Source: Rhodospirillales bacterium
GTDB taxonomy: Bacteria > Pseudomonadota > Alphaproteobacteria > Rhodospirillales > UBA2165
Assembly (NCBI GenBank): GCA_022823235.1
Contig: JAJDXO010000022.1
Coordinates: 61,955-125,954 of the forward strand
Reading direction: 5' to 3'
Length of the DNA: 64,000 nucleotides
Made by a program: the position numbers and the translations under genes. Positions 18,555-26,869 of this stretch are shown one piece after another. Position 1 is the stretch's first letter; every line of letters starts with the position of its first letter. The notes beneath the pieces are model-generated. The model made no database searches and was not told the origin of the DNA. It was given only the letters and a program-made list of their open reading frames with translations.

Positions 18555-19526
18555 TCAAACGGGCGCCCAGGCAATCATGCGGATTTCGCCGAGTTCACGG
18601 TCCGCCTTTTGCCAGCTTTCGCCGCCATCCGTGCTTTTGAATATTTGCCCGAAGATGGTTGCCGCAAAAAGCAACGAGGGATCCGCGGCGTTGGTCCCGA
18701 TCGACCACAAGGTGCTGTTGGGTTCGTGGGACAACGCGCACTCCGCCCAGCTGTCTCCAAAATCGCGGCTGATGAGAAACTGCCCCGCCTCGCCGGACGG
18801 CCTGTCGCCCACCGAAGCGATCACGACGGGGGAGTTCGCCGCGGGCTGCTTGATGCTTCGAAAATAGTCCCATCTCGCCAGCGGGATATTCAACTGCTCC
18901 CATGTCGCGCCGTTGTCGGCCGACCTGTGCAGCCCATCTTCGGTCGAACACAGGATGGTTCGCTCGTCCCCCTCGTCCAGAAACACCAAATCGTGGGTAT
19001 CGTTGTCGTGCAGTCCCTCGATCATCAGCCGCCAAGTTTTGCCCCGGTCGTCGGAACGGATCACCCCATCGATTTCGACGGTAATCCATATGGTATCTTC
19101 GTACTTCGGGTCGAATTGGACCGACGTCACGCGGGACGTGTTGATGAACCAGCATTCGGTTGAAGCATTCAGATTGGCCCGCGTCCAGGTCTGCCCATCA
19201 TCCTCCGAGGTGAATATTTCACCCGGCCGCGTGCCGCAGGCAATGAAATTGGGGTCGTTCGGCGCGCGGGCGATCTGGAGAATGTGGAGCGAATCCATGG
19301 GAGAGGGGATGTAGTCGAACCGGCCGTTGTCCTCGGTGAACCGGTAAAGGCCCTGATCGGTCCCCGCCAGCACCTCCCCGGGCCGAGCATGGTGTGTGTT
19401 GACCGACCAGCATCTCGCTTCGTTGTAAAATCCGCCGGTCGGCGTGGGCAGGCGGTTCCAGCTTTCCCCCTCGTCTTCGCTGATCCAAACGCTTTGCATG
19501 GTCGCCGCGTAGGCCTTGTATCTCAC
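18555..19526 (-). CDS. BNR/Asp-box repeat beta-propeller protein (sialidase-fold / Ycf48-like)
   Basis: Six SxDxGxTW-type Asp-boxes: SEDEGESW, SEDDGQTW, SDDRGKTW, SADNGATW, SRDFGDSW, STDGGESW. GTG start with GAGGA 9 nt upstream. Confidence 0.8.
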   Translation of the reverse strand: MRYKAYAATMQSVWISEDEGESWNRLPTPTGGFYNEARCWSVNTHHARPGEVLAGTDQGLYRFTEDNGRFDYIPSPMDSLHILQIARAPNDPNFIACGTRPGEIFTSEDDGQTWTRANLNASTECWFINTSRVTSVQFDPKYEDTIWITVEIDGVIRSDDRGKTWRLMIEGLHDNDTHDLVFLDEGDERTILCSTEDGLHRSADNGATWEQLNIPLARWDYFRSIKQPAANSPVVIASVGDRPSGEAGQFLISRDFGDSWAECALSHEPNSTLWSIGTNAADPSLLFAATIFGQIFKSTDGGESWQKADRELGEIRMIAWAPV

Positions 19527-19557
19527 AACCTAAATCCTCGGCAGTCCAAAACCGTTC

Positions 19558-19577
19558 TGCCCACTTTATCCCACTAG
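19558..19577 (-). promoter_or_regulatory. copy 3 of the shared 20-nt upstream motif (TGCCCACTTTATCCCACTAG)
   Basis: A 20/20 match to 14889-14908. It lies 32 nt upstream of the minus-strand start at 19526. Confidence 0.5.
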
Positions 19578-19897
19578 ATGAATTTTTCAATCCATGTTTT
19601 CCGGGTTCCGCCCATTGCCAAAATCCGGTTGCGGCTGCGACACCCCCAAGAGCGGGCTAGGTCACAATTTAACGACGGCATCACGATAGGCGAGAAGTCA
19701 CCCGCCGCCTCCGTCGAAATTTGTCCTCCAACGCGGACAATCAAAGGACTATGAGGATAAATTCCCTAAATGAAATACAGGGATTAAATCGATCGACAAC
19801 AGGGGATTTCAGGCGTGCAGCAAGGAATGCCAAGGTGCAACAGATTATGGTGCGATTGTCAAATGCCGTGCCATGTACTGAACCCTCGGGGGCATGA

Positions 19898-20350
19898 CTA
19901 CTTGTGCCCCTCATGCCCGTGACTGCCGGGGCCGTGTCCCCTCTGCATCTTCTTTTCTTTCATATGGTCCGGCCCGCCCGGGGAGAACATTATTTTCTCG
20001 CCGAGCCTATCCCGAAACGGTTTCGCCAGGTCGTAGACGAACCGCCACTCGCCAAACATCTCCAATTCAATCTCGAACTCATAGCGGCCGGCCGAATGGC
20101 GCGCCGCATTGGCGGGTACGGGCTTGACATTATGGGCCAGGGGCATCGAAGGCATATCCGCTTTGACCATGATGTCCGCCCCAGTCAGGGGCTTCCCATC
20201 CTGCATGAGCATGACCGTACAACTGAAGGTAAGTTTTGCGTCCGTAGGTTTGCACTCCGTCTTGCTCTTGACCGCCTGCGCATGTACCGGCGACGCCATC
20301 AGAACGCCCGCCAACGAAACCAGTCCAATGCTACTCGCGAGCCATTTCAT
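19898..20350 (-). CDS. secreted FixH/YtkA-like domain protein with a His-rich C-terminal tail
   Basis: Start at MKWLASSIGLVSLAGVLMASPVHA (signal peptide) with a GGAGG RBS. It has a Met-rich segment (ADMPSMPLAH) and the tail HGPGSHGHEGHK. It is the last gene of the long minus-strand array and overlaps the preceding ATPase gene by 20 nt. Confidence 0.5.
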   Translation of the reverse strand: MKWLASSIGLVSLAGVLMASPVHAQAVKSKTECKPTDAKLTFSCTVMLMQDGKPLTGADIMVKADMPSMPLAHNVKPVPANAARHSAGRYEFEIELEMFGEWRFVYDLAKPFRDRLGEKIMFSPGGPDHMKEKKMQRGHGPGSHGHEGHK

Positions 20351-20987
20351 TTGCCCTCCCCCTTTTGAGTTGGCCATTTACCATTAAAAAAAACTGACTC
20401 GAGTCGGCGTTGTCCGGAACGTTGTGCTGACCGGTCACCAATACACCGACGCCATCTCGCCTGAGCGCGGCTATTCCCTCCCACACTCGATGACCCGGGT
20501 CCGTTGAAAGGCCCAAAAGCGGTTCATCGAGCAGGAGATATTTTGGCGAGGTCATAACTCCCCGCCCAAACGCAAGCATTTGCGCCTGTCCGCCGCTCAA
20601 CGAGTACGCCGGTGCATTCAACAGGGGGCCCAGTTCCGGGAATAGCGCAAGGACACGATCCATCTGTCCTCGCGCACCGGATACCGCGGAGCCGAATTCC
20701 AGGTTCTCGCGCGTCGTCAGACTTGCGAACAGATGCCGCCCTTCCGGCGCCAACACCACGCCCCTCCGCAACATCAGTGCGGGGGTTCTGCGACGTCCCG
20801 GCCGCCCGTCCACGATAATCTCGCCTTCCGAACGGACGGCGCCGACAATGGCTTTAAGCAGGCTGGATTTTCCGGCCCCATGATGACCGTCGAGGATAAC
20901 GAGGCCACCTGAAGCGAGTGTGAAATCGGCCTGGCGGACCGCCTGTACCAAGCCATAGCGCACCGAGATATTCTTCAGTTCAAGCAT
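20331..20987 (-). CDS. ABC ATP-binding protein, LivF-like (second set, divergent motifs)
   Basis: Start at MLELKNISVRYG. Walker A is GHHGAGKSS, the signature is LSGGQAQML and Walker B is LLLDEP. The H-loop region is atypical (LVTGQHN). Confidence 0.8.
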   Translation of the reverse strand: MLELKNISVRYGLVQAVRQADFTLASGGLVILDGHHGAGKSSLLKAIVGAVRSEGEIIVDGRPGRRRTPALMLRRGVVLAPEGRHLFASLTTRENLEFGSAVSGARGQMDRVLALFPELGPLLNAPAYSLSGGQAQMLAFGRGVMTSPKYLLLDEPLLGLSTDPGHRVWEGIAALRRDGVGVLVTGQHNVPDNADSSQFFLMVNGQLKRGRANEMARE

Positions 20988-21639
20988 CCCCGACAGCCTC
21001 TGCGGGCTTTCCCGCTGTCGCGACTGACGGAACATGGCTTTCCAATGTCACAATCTCGTCGACGAGAACGCGCATCAGATCCTGGCGATGCTCAACGATC
21101 AGCAATGCCGCGTCGCCGGAAACATTCCGCGACAGGAACCGGGCGAATGCGGATAATTCCTCACCGGACAGGCCGGCGGAAGGTTCATCCAGGAACAGCA
21201 CCCTGGGGTCGGCGAGAAGCGCACGCACAACTTCGATCTTACGAAGTACCGGAAGAGGAACCTGGAATGGAAAGAGATCCAAAACGTCCTCCAGGGCACT
21301 ATGAGCGACCAACTGTCTCCTGCGGGCGGGATCGCATGTTTCGAAGCGAAACTGATCTCGTACCGTTAGAGTGGGGACGAGGCGCGACGTTTGAAAACTG
21401 CGTCTAATTCCCGCCCGGGCGTATTTCCAGGGAGGCTGGTCATTGAGAGAATGCCCATCAAGTAATATCTGCCCGGAACTGGGCGCCAGGAATCCGGTCG
21501 CAATGTTGATCAACGTCGATTTGCCCGTCCCGTTCCCGCCGCTTAATCCAACACGGTCACCAGGCTTCAAAACAATCGAAATGTCGTCCAGCACGTGGAC
21601 ACCCCCGAACGACTTGGTTATGCGTCTGAGCTCAAACAT
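20980..21639 (-). CDS. ABC ATP-binding protein, LivG-like (second set) with a degenerate ABC signature
   Basis: Walker A is GGNGTGKST and Walker B is LFLDEP. The LSxGxQ signature position reads PLPVLRKIEVVRAL. The protein is 219 aa versus 253 aa for the first-set LivG. Confidence 0.75.
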   Translation of the reverse strand: MFELRRITKSFGGVHVLDDISIVLKPGDRVGLSGGNGTGKSTLINIATGFLAPSSGQILLDGHSLNDQPPWKYARAGIRRSFQTSRLVPTLTVRDQFRFETCDPARRRQLVAHSALEDVLDLFPFQVPLPVLRKIEVVRALLADPRVLFLDEPSAGLSGEELSAFARFLSRNVSGDAALLIVEHRQDLMRVLVDEIVTLESHVPSVATAGKPAEAVGDA

Positions 21640-22531
21640 CGCGGCGCCGAATGCGTCCCCACAATCTGTTGACGGCGCGGGGGCTCAACAGGCCTTGGGG
21701 GAATATAATCAGGAGCACCGCCACCAGACCGCCAAAGGCAATCATTCGATATTCCGAAAGCGCTCTGATGCTCTCCAGCAGCCCGATATCAATTCCGACA
21801 CCAATTAGAGGCCCAAGGGGTGCGCCGAGACCTCCGATAACCGTATAGGCCAAGGCATGGACACCCAGCATCACGCCAAACATTTGGGGCTCGATGTGAG
21901 TGTTGAACAGAGCGAACAGTGCGCCGCCAAATCCTGCAACCATGCCGGATAGACCGATGAAGGCCATGCGGTAGTGGTCCGGCCGAACACCCAATGATTG
22001 GGCCAGCAGCGAATCTCTTCCGACCAACCTGGCCCGCAACATGACGGTGGTGCGCTCGAAATAGAACAGCAGCAGCAGGAGCGCCAGTAAACAGACAACC
22101 GTGAGAATGAGGAAATCGGTCACCTCGAAATCATTCTCGAATATCCAGCGAATGTTGGAGAATCCCTCTGGTCCGTCCATGCCCGTGGACCTGCCATCGA
22201 TCTCGAGGGGAATTCGAATTCTGAGTAATGTGAGGCGCAGGAGTTCGGCAAAGCAAAGCGAGGCGATGGCGAAATAGAGACCGGACAATCGAATGACTAA
22301 CGCAGCCAGGAGCAGCGCCGCCAGCCCCCCTGCAATGGTACTCAGGAAAAGCGCCAAAATTATATGCCCGCCAAAAATCGCGGTTACGGTAGCCGTGACA
22401 TATGCGCCAATTGCAAAGAAGGCCTGTTGACCAAAGGAAACCTCTCCCACCACCAAAACGAGGTAAGCCGACAACGCCAGGAATGAAATGAGAGCGACGT
22501 TCGTGAGCGTGGATGCAACGTAGAGGCTCAT
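21632..22531 (-). CDS. branched-chain amino acid-type ABC permease (LivM-like, second set)
   Basis: A 299-aa polytopic protein of the LivM family type, translationally coupled to its neighbours. Confidence 0.85.
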   Translation of the reverse strand: MSLYVASTLTNVALISFLALSAYLVLVVGEVSFGQQAFFAIGAYVTATVTAIFGGHIILALFLSTIAGGLAALLLAALVIRLSGLYFAIASLCFAELLRLTLLRIRIPLEIDGRSTGMDGPEGFSNIRWIFENDFEVTDFLILTVVCLLALLLLLFYFERTTVMLRARLVGRDSLLAQSLGVRPDHYRMAFIGLSGMVAGFGGALFALFNTHIEPQMFGVMLGVHALAYTVIGGLGAPLGPLIGVGIDIGLLESIRALSEYRMIAFGGLVAVLLIIFPQGLLSPRAVNRLWGRIRRRDV

Positions 22532-22533
22532 CG

Positions 22534-23430
22534 CTAAATCCTCTCCGCCGCCAGACGGCCGGTTCGATAGATGGCCTCGCCCAGCAGACCGCCGGGCCGC
22601 AAGACCAGAATGAGCAACAGCAGGCCAAACGTCAAAATGTCACGAAACTCGGCACCCAGGTAAAAGGTTACGTGGGCCTCGGCGAAGCCCAGCAGCAGCC
22701 CGCCAACTATTGCACCCGGCAATGATCCCACCCCCCCAAGCATCATTGCGATCAAACCCTTGAATGTGCTCCAAAGACCGAAGTGCGGCGTGATCTGCCC
22801 GTCACTGGATAAAATAAGAAATGCCGCTATTCCTCCCAGGACGCCGGCCAATCCGAACGTCGCCATTCCCAATCGCGCGACTTTGCCACCAAGAAGATAA
22901 GCGGTATCCGGGTCGTCGGCGGACGCCCTCAACAACAACCCGAAACGGGTGCGATAGAGGGTCCAGTAGAGCGCCCCGATCGCAACGACGGCGACCCAGA
23001 AATGAAGAATCTGATCGCCCCGCAAAATTATGCCGGAGAACGATACCGCCTCGATATCAATTCCGGCGAAGCTGTGGGTCCGGTGAGGCAGCAATTGAGA
23101 CGAGATCTCATCCAGCTGCATCCAGATTGCAAAACTGGCGATCATCGACGCCATGACTCCCGTCTTCCCAAGATGAGGGGAAAAACAAAGCCGCTCGACA
23201 TAAATGCCGGCAAACGCGGCGCCCAGTACGGTAACCAAAAAAACTCCTACCGCTCCCCAACCAATGATCGGCTCCAGCCAGACCGCGAGCGCACCACCGA
23301 ACAGAAGCGACGACCCATAGGCCAAATTGATACGCTTCATGATCCCGAAAATGAGCGAAAAGCCGAGCGCCAAGAGAGCGTACGCCGATCCAAACAGTAG
23401 TCCGTCGATAGACGTCTGAAGGAAATCCAT
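22534..23430 (-). CDS. branched-chain amino acid-type ABC permease (LivH-like, second set)
   Basis: A 298-aa protein with a LivH-like N-terminus (LQTSIDGLLFGSAYALLALGFSLIFG). Confidence 0.85.
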   Translation of the reverse strand: MDFLQTSIDGLLFGSAYALLALGFSLIFGIMKRINLAYGSSLLFGGALAVWLEPIIGWGAVGVFLVTVLGAAFAGIYVERLCFSPHLGKTGVMASMIASFAIWMQLDEISSQLLPHRTHSFAGIDIEAVSFSGIILRGDQILHFWVAVVAIGALYWTLYRTRFGLLLRASADDPDTAYLLGGKVARLGMATFGLAGVLGGIAAFLILSSDGQITPHFGLWSTFKGLIAMMLGGVGSLPGAIVGGLLLGFAEAHVTFYLGAEFRDILTFGLLLLILVLRPGGLLGEAIYRTGRLAAERI

Positions 23431-23446
23431 CCCGGCTTCCGATTTG

Positions 23447-24160
23447 CTAATGTTCGCCCAGGTACGCCCGCTTGATTACGTCGTCGTTGGCCATTTCACC
23501 GGGCGTTCCACTGAAGGCGACCTTGCCCTGGTCCAGCAGGTAGAAATGATCAGCGACCTCAAGCGCCTTCACGGCATTTTGCTCGACCAGCAGGATCGAT
23601 ATGCCGTCATTATTCATTTGCCTGATAATGGAAAAAATTTCGTCGACGATAAGAGGAGCCAGACCGAGAGATGGCTCGTCCAGCAGAAGCATCTTTGGTC
23701 GCGACATAAGGGCCCGTGCAACAGAAAGCATTTGTTGCTCACCGCCCGACAATGTTCCCGCGGTCTGTTCCTCGCGCTCTTTGAGGACGGGAAACCGGTC
23801 GAACATATTCTCCAGGTCTTCAGCGATCTCCGTCGCTTCCGAACGATGTCGAATATATGCGCCGGCCAGCAAATTGTCCCTGACCGACATCTGCGGAAAG
23901 ACCAGGCGGTTCTCCGGAACCAAGGCGAGGCCCTGCTGCAATATCCTGGGCGCCGACGAACCCGCCAACTCAGCCCCGTCGAATTTGACGGACCCGGAAC
24001 TGGGTTTCAGTATTCCGGCCGCGGTAAACAAGAGGGTTGTCTTGCCGGCGCCGTTCGGGCCCAGAATACATGTTACTTTTCCGTCTTCGGCCGTTAGCGA
24101 CACACCCTTCAGCGCTCTGATCAATCCATAGGAGGTGGAGAGATTTTCTATCGAGAGCAT
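23447..24160 (-). CDS. livF: ABC ATP-binding protein LivF-like (first set)
   Basis: Start at MLSIENLSTSYG, right after the upstream stop. Canonical motifs GPNGAGKTT, LSGGEQQML, LLLDEPSLGLAP and LLVEQN are present. Confidence 0.9.
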   Translation of the reverse strand: MLSIENLSTSYGLIRALKGVSLTAEDGKVTCILGPNGAGKTTLLFTAAGILKPSSGSVKFDGAELAGSSAPRILQQGLALVPENRLVFPQMSVRDNLLAGAYIRHRSEATEIAEDLENMFDRFPVLKEREEQTAGTLSGGEQQMLSVARALMSRPKMLLLDEPSLGLAPLIVDEIFSIIRQMNNDGISILLVEQNAVKALEVADHFYLLDQGKVAFSGTPGEMANDDVIKRAYLGEH

Positions 24161-24161
24161 G

Positions 24162-24923
24162 TCAGTTCCCCGCCTCCACATTTTTCGCGGAACCGAAATA
24201 GGCCTCCTGAACCATCTCGTTATTTTGAATTTCAAGCGGCGTGCCCTCGGCGATGGGCTTGCCGAAATTCAAGACGGTGATCCGATCGGTAACACTCATC
24301 ACCAAATCCATTACATGCTCGACAAGAAGCACGGTCATCCCGAGATTCTTCATCGTCAGTATTCGATTTCTGAGGTCGGCCACCTCTTCCGAATTCATCC
24401 CCGCGGCCGGCTCATCAAGCAAAATGAGCTTGGGCTTCGACGCCATTGCCCTCGCAAGTTCAAGTCGGCGCTGCTCCCCGAAGGACAGGCTGCTGGCCGG
24501 TCTGTCCGCGCGATCCCCAAGCCCTGAAAATTCCAGCAGCTTCTGAATTTCATGCCGCCGGTCGGCCGGACTGCCGAACCAATTTACCAACCAGCTTGTC
24601 TCGTGGCCCGGCGCGTCGCGCCAGGCAACCCATAGATTCTGCCAGACCGTCAGATCACCGAAGAGACGGATATTTTGGAACGTTCTGGAAACACCGAATT
24701 CTATTCTCTGGTGCGGCGCCAGCCTTCCCAGGTCAACGTTATCCAGCTCGATCGTGCCCGCCGTTTGAGGGAAGACACCGCAGATCAGATTGACGGTCGT
24801 GCTTTTCCCCGACCCGTTGGGCCCGATCAGGCCGAATATCTCACCCTTGTTTATCTGCATGTCGAGGCCATCGACGGCCCGAACGCCACCGAAGTATTTC
24901 GCAAGGTTGGTGAGCTTAAGCAT
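24162..24923 (-). CDS. livG: ABC ATP-binding protein LivG-like (first set)
   Basis: Canonical motifs GPNGSGKST, LSFGEQRRLELARAM, LLDEPAAGMN and LLVEHVMD are present. Confidence 0.9.
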   Translation of the reverse strand: MLKLTNLAKYFGGVRAVDGLDMQINKGEIFGLIGPNGSGKSTTVNLICGVFPQTAGTIELDNVDLGRLAPHQRIEFGVSRTFQNIRLFGDLTVWQNLWVAWRDAPGHETSWLVNWFGSPADRRHEIQKLLEFSGLGDRADRPASSLSFGEQRRLELARAMASKPKLILLDEPAAGMNSEEVADLRNRILTMKNLGMTVLLVEHVMDLVMSVTDRITVLNFGKPIAEGTPLEIQNNEMVQEAYFGSAKNVEAGN

Positions 24924-25833
24924 CGATGCCGCCTCTCTTTTGATTCATCCGGAGCAGCTTTCTCAAATCGGAGGTGAAATTGCCGTCAACGAGTCCCTGC
25001 GGTCTGAAATTCATCGCAACGATGATCAGCAGACCAAAAAGAATATTGCGGTAATCCCCCATGAAACGGAGGCCTTCGATGATGAAGCCCTGGATGAATA
25101 TGACCGCCATCAGGGTTCCAAGGACGTTTTTCAGACCGCCTAGAATCGGGTAGGAGACCGCGAAGGTCGCCAACAAAATCGAGAATGTGTGGTGATCGAC
25201 ATATGTGGTCGAGTGGGCGAACAGGCCGCCGGCAATTCCCGCGATGACGCCACCGCCGGTCATCGCCGCAACCTTGACCATTGTCAGGTTGACGCCTGAG
25301 CTTTGCGCCGCCAGCTCGTCCTCACCCACCGCCCGCAGGACGGCGCCGGCACGTACTTTGTCCAGCCACCAGAGAAGGACCATGACCAGAATCACGATCA
25401 GCCAGATTAGTAGAACCACATGCGCCTGTTCCCAGCCGTTCGCGGCAAAGTAACGGATTTCCCTGAAGCCCTGAGTGCTGTCCGGTCCAACCTCGAGGCC
25501 GTTCACTTCGACCCGCCAGTTCACGTTGAAAAATACGAGACGGACAATTTCGGAGAAAGCGATGGTTGCCACCACCAGCATCAGTCCCTTGACCCGCAGG
25601 GCCGGGAAGCCGACCAGGAATGCAAAAAATCCCGCAACCAGCGCACCAACCAATAGCGCCGGCAAGATATGCCACCCGAATATGACCGTCAAAATGCCGG
25701 AAACGTACGATCCAATCGCAAAAAATCCGACCTGTGCGAGACTTAACTGCCCGGTCAGCAGCAATACGTATGCCGACAAGCCAAGCAGCGTATGGACGCC
25801 AATCGTTTGTGTAATTCCGAGGTAATATTCCAT
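24916..25833 (-). CDS. livM: branched-chain amino acid-type ABC permease LivM-like (first set)
   Basis: A 305-aa polytopic LivM-type protein. It overlaps livG by 8 nt. Confidence 0.85.
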   Translation of the reverse strand: MEYYLGITQTIGVHTLLGLSAYVLLLTGQLSLAQVGFFAIGSYVSGILTVIFGWHILPALLVGALVAGFFAFLVGFPALRVKGLMLVVATIAFSEIVRLVFFNVNWRVEVNGLEVGPDSTQGFREIRYFAANGWEQAHVVLLIWLIVILVMVLLWWLDKVRAGAVLRAVGEDELAAQSSGVNLTMVKVAAMTGGGVIAGIAGGLFAHSTTYVDHHTFSILLATFAVSYPILGGLKNVLGTLMAVIFIQGFIIEGLRFMGDYRNILFGLLIIVAMNFRPQGLVDGNFTSDLRKLLRMNQKRGGIDA

Positions 25834-25837
25834 CGGG

Positions 25838-26725
25838 TCAATCCCGATCTATGGAAGTCCCGAAAATGCCATTAGGCCGGACCACCAAAAACAGAAAGAG
25901 CACCAGGAAGACATAAATGTCGCGCTCGTTGACGCCGCGGAACAAAAGAAAAAGATTTTCCAGCGCGCCGATCATGAAGCCTGCGGCAATGGCGCCGCGA
26001 ATACTCCCGAGCCCGCCGATAACGGCCACAATCAACCCCTTTACCGTCAACGGCAGCGTCAGAAGAGGCGACAGAACACCGACCGCGGCAGCGGCCAAGC
26101 ATCCGGCGACACCACCGAGGACGCCCGCCAGCACGAATACGGTTGAATTCGTCCTATGGGTCGGAATACCGCAGAGAAGCGACGCCACCGGTTGTTGCGA
26201 GGCCGCCCGGGTCGCAAGACCCATTTTGGTACGATAGAGCATGAAGACGATCACACCCATCAGGACGAAGCTCGCAAAGGTGACAAACAGCAGGTCACCG
26301 CGAAACCCGAACTCGCCAACGGGAAAATAGGCGTCCGGAAGCAGGACCGGGAACGTTATCGGCGAACCGGCCGTTTTGTCGATTATCAACTCGTCTATAA
26401 AGAAAAGCGCGCCGATTGATGCCATCAGAGGGGCAAGCATGTTATTGCGCGGCATAAATTGGAAACACGAAATATAAATGAGCAGCCCCACGAGACCGGC
26501 CGCCAACGGACCGACCAGAAATGCGATAACGGTCGGCACGGCGAATATTGTGATTGAAGCCAAGCCGATATAGGCGCCGGCAATGGAAGACGCGGCGTAG
26601 GCCAGATTCAGCTTGTGCATCGCGCCAAAAATGAGCGTGAAGCCAAGCCCGACCAATGCGTAGACCGAACCAAAAAGCACGCCATCAATAAGCGATTGAA
26701 CGATATCGATATGATCGAAGTTCAT
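25838..26725 (-). CDS. livH: branched-chain amino acid-type ABC permease LivH-like (first set)
   Basis: A 295-aa protein with LivH-type sequence (LIDGVLFGSVYALVGLGFTLIFG). Confidence 0.85.
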   Translation of the reverse strand: MNFDHIDIVQSLIDGVLFGSVYALVGLGFTLIFGAMHKLNLAYAASSIAGAYIGLASITIFAVPTVIAFLVGPLAAGLVGLLIYISCFQFMPRNNMLAPLMASIGALFFIDELIIDKTAGSPITFPVLLPDAYFPVGEFGFRGDLLFVTFASFVLMGVIVFMLYRTKMGLATRAASQQPVASLLCGIPTHRTNSTVFVLAGVLGGVAGCLAAAAVGVLSPLLTLPLTVKGLIVAVIGGLGSIRGAIAAGFMIGALENLFLLFRGVNERDIYVFLVLFLFLVVRPNGIFGTSIDRD

Positions 26726-26809
26726 TGTTTCCTGTGACGGTGAATTGGCCGTCGATCCTGTTATGGCCCGCTAGGTTAGGTCCAATTTATTACCAGATCA
26801 AAGTGGAGT

Positions 26810-26853
26810 GGCAGTCCGCGGCAGGGGACTAGCTGCTGCTGCCGCGGACTGCC
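26810..26853 (-). other. intercistronic stem-loop (15-bp perfect stem) between the binding-protein gene and the permease genes
   Basis: GGCAGTCCGCGGCAG-(14 nt)-CTGCCGCGGACTGCC, located 17 nt downstream of the binding-protein stop on the minus strand. No clear U-tract follows. Confidence 0.5.
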
Positions 26854-26869
26854 TGCACTAGCGCGTCAG

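Noticed and set aside
19527-19897. The lower-GC 370-bp gap between the BNR gene and the FixH-like gene, considered as a possible sRNA or mobile remnant
   Set aside because: It contains only weak 5-bp stems and no repeats beyond the shared 20-nt motif. It is most simply the promoter region of the BNR unit plus the 3-prime flank of the long array. There is not enough evidence to call a feature.
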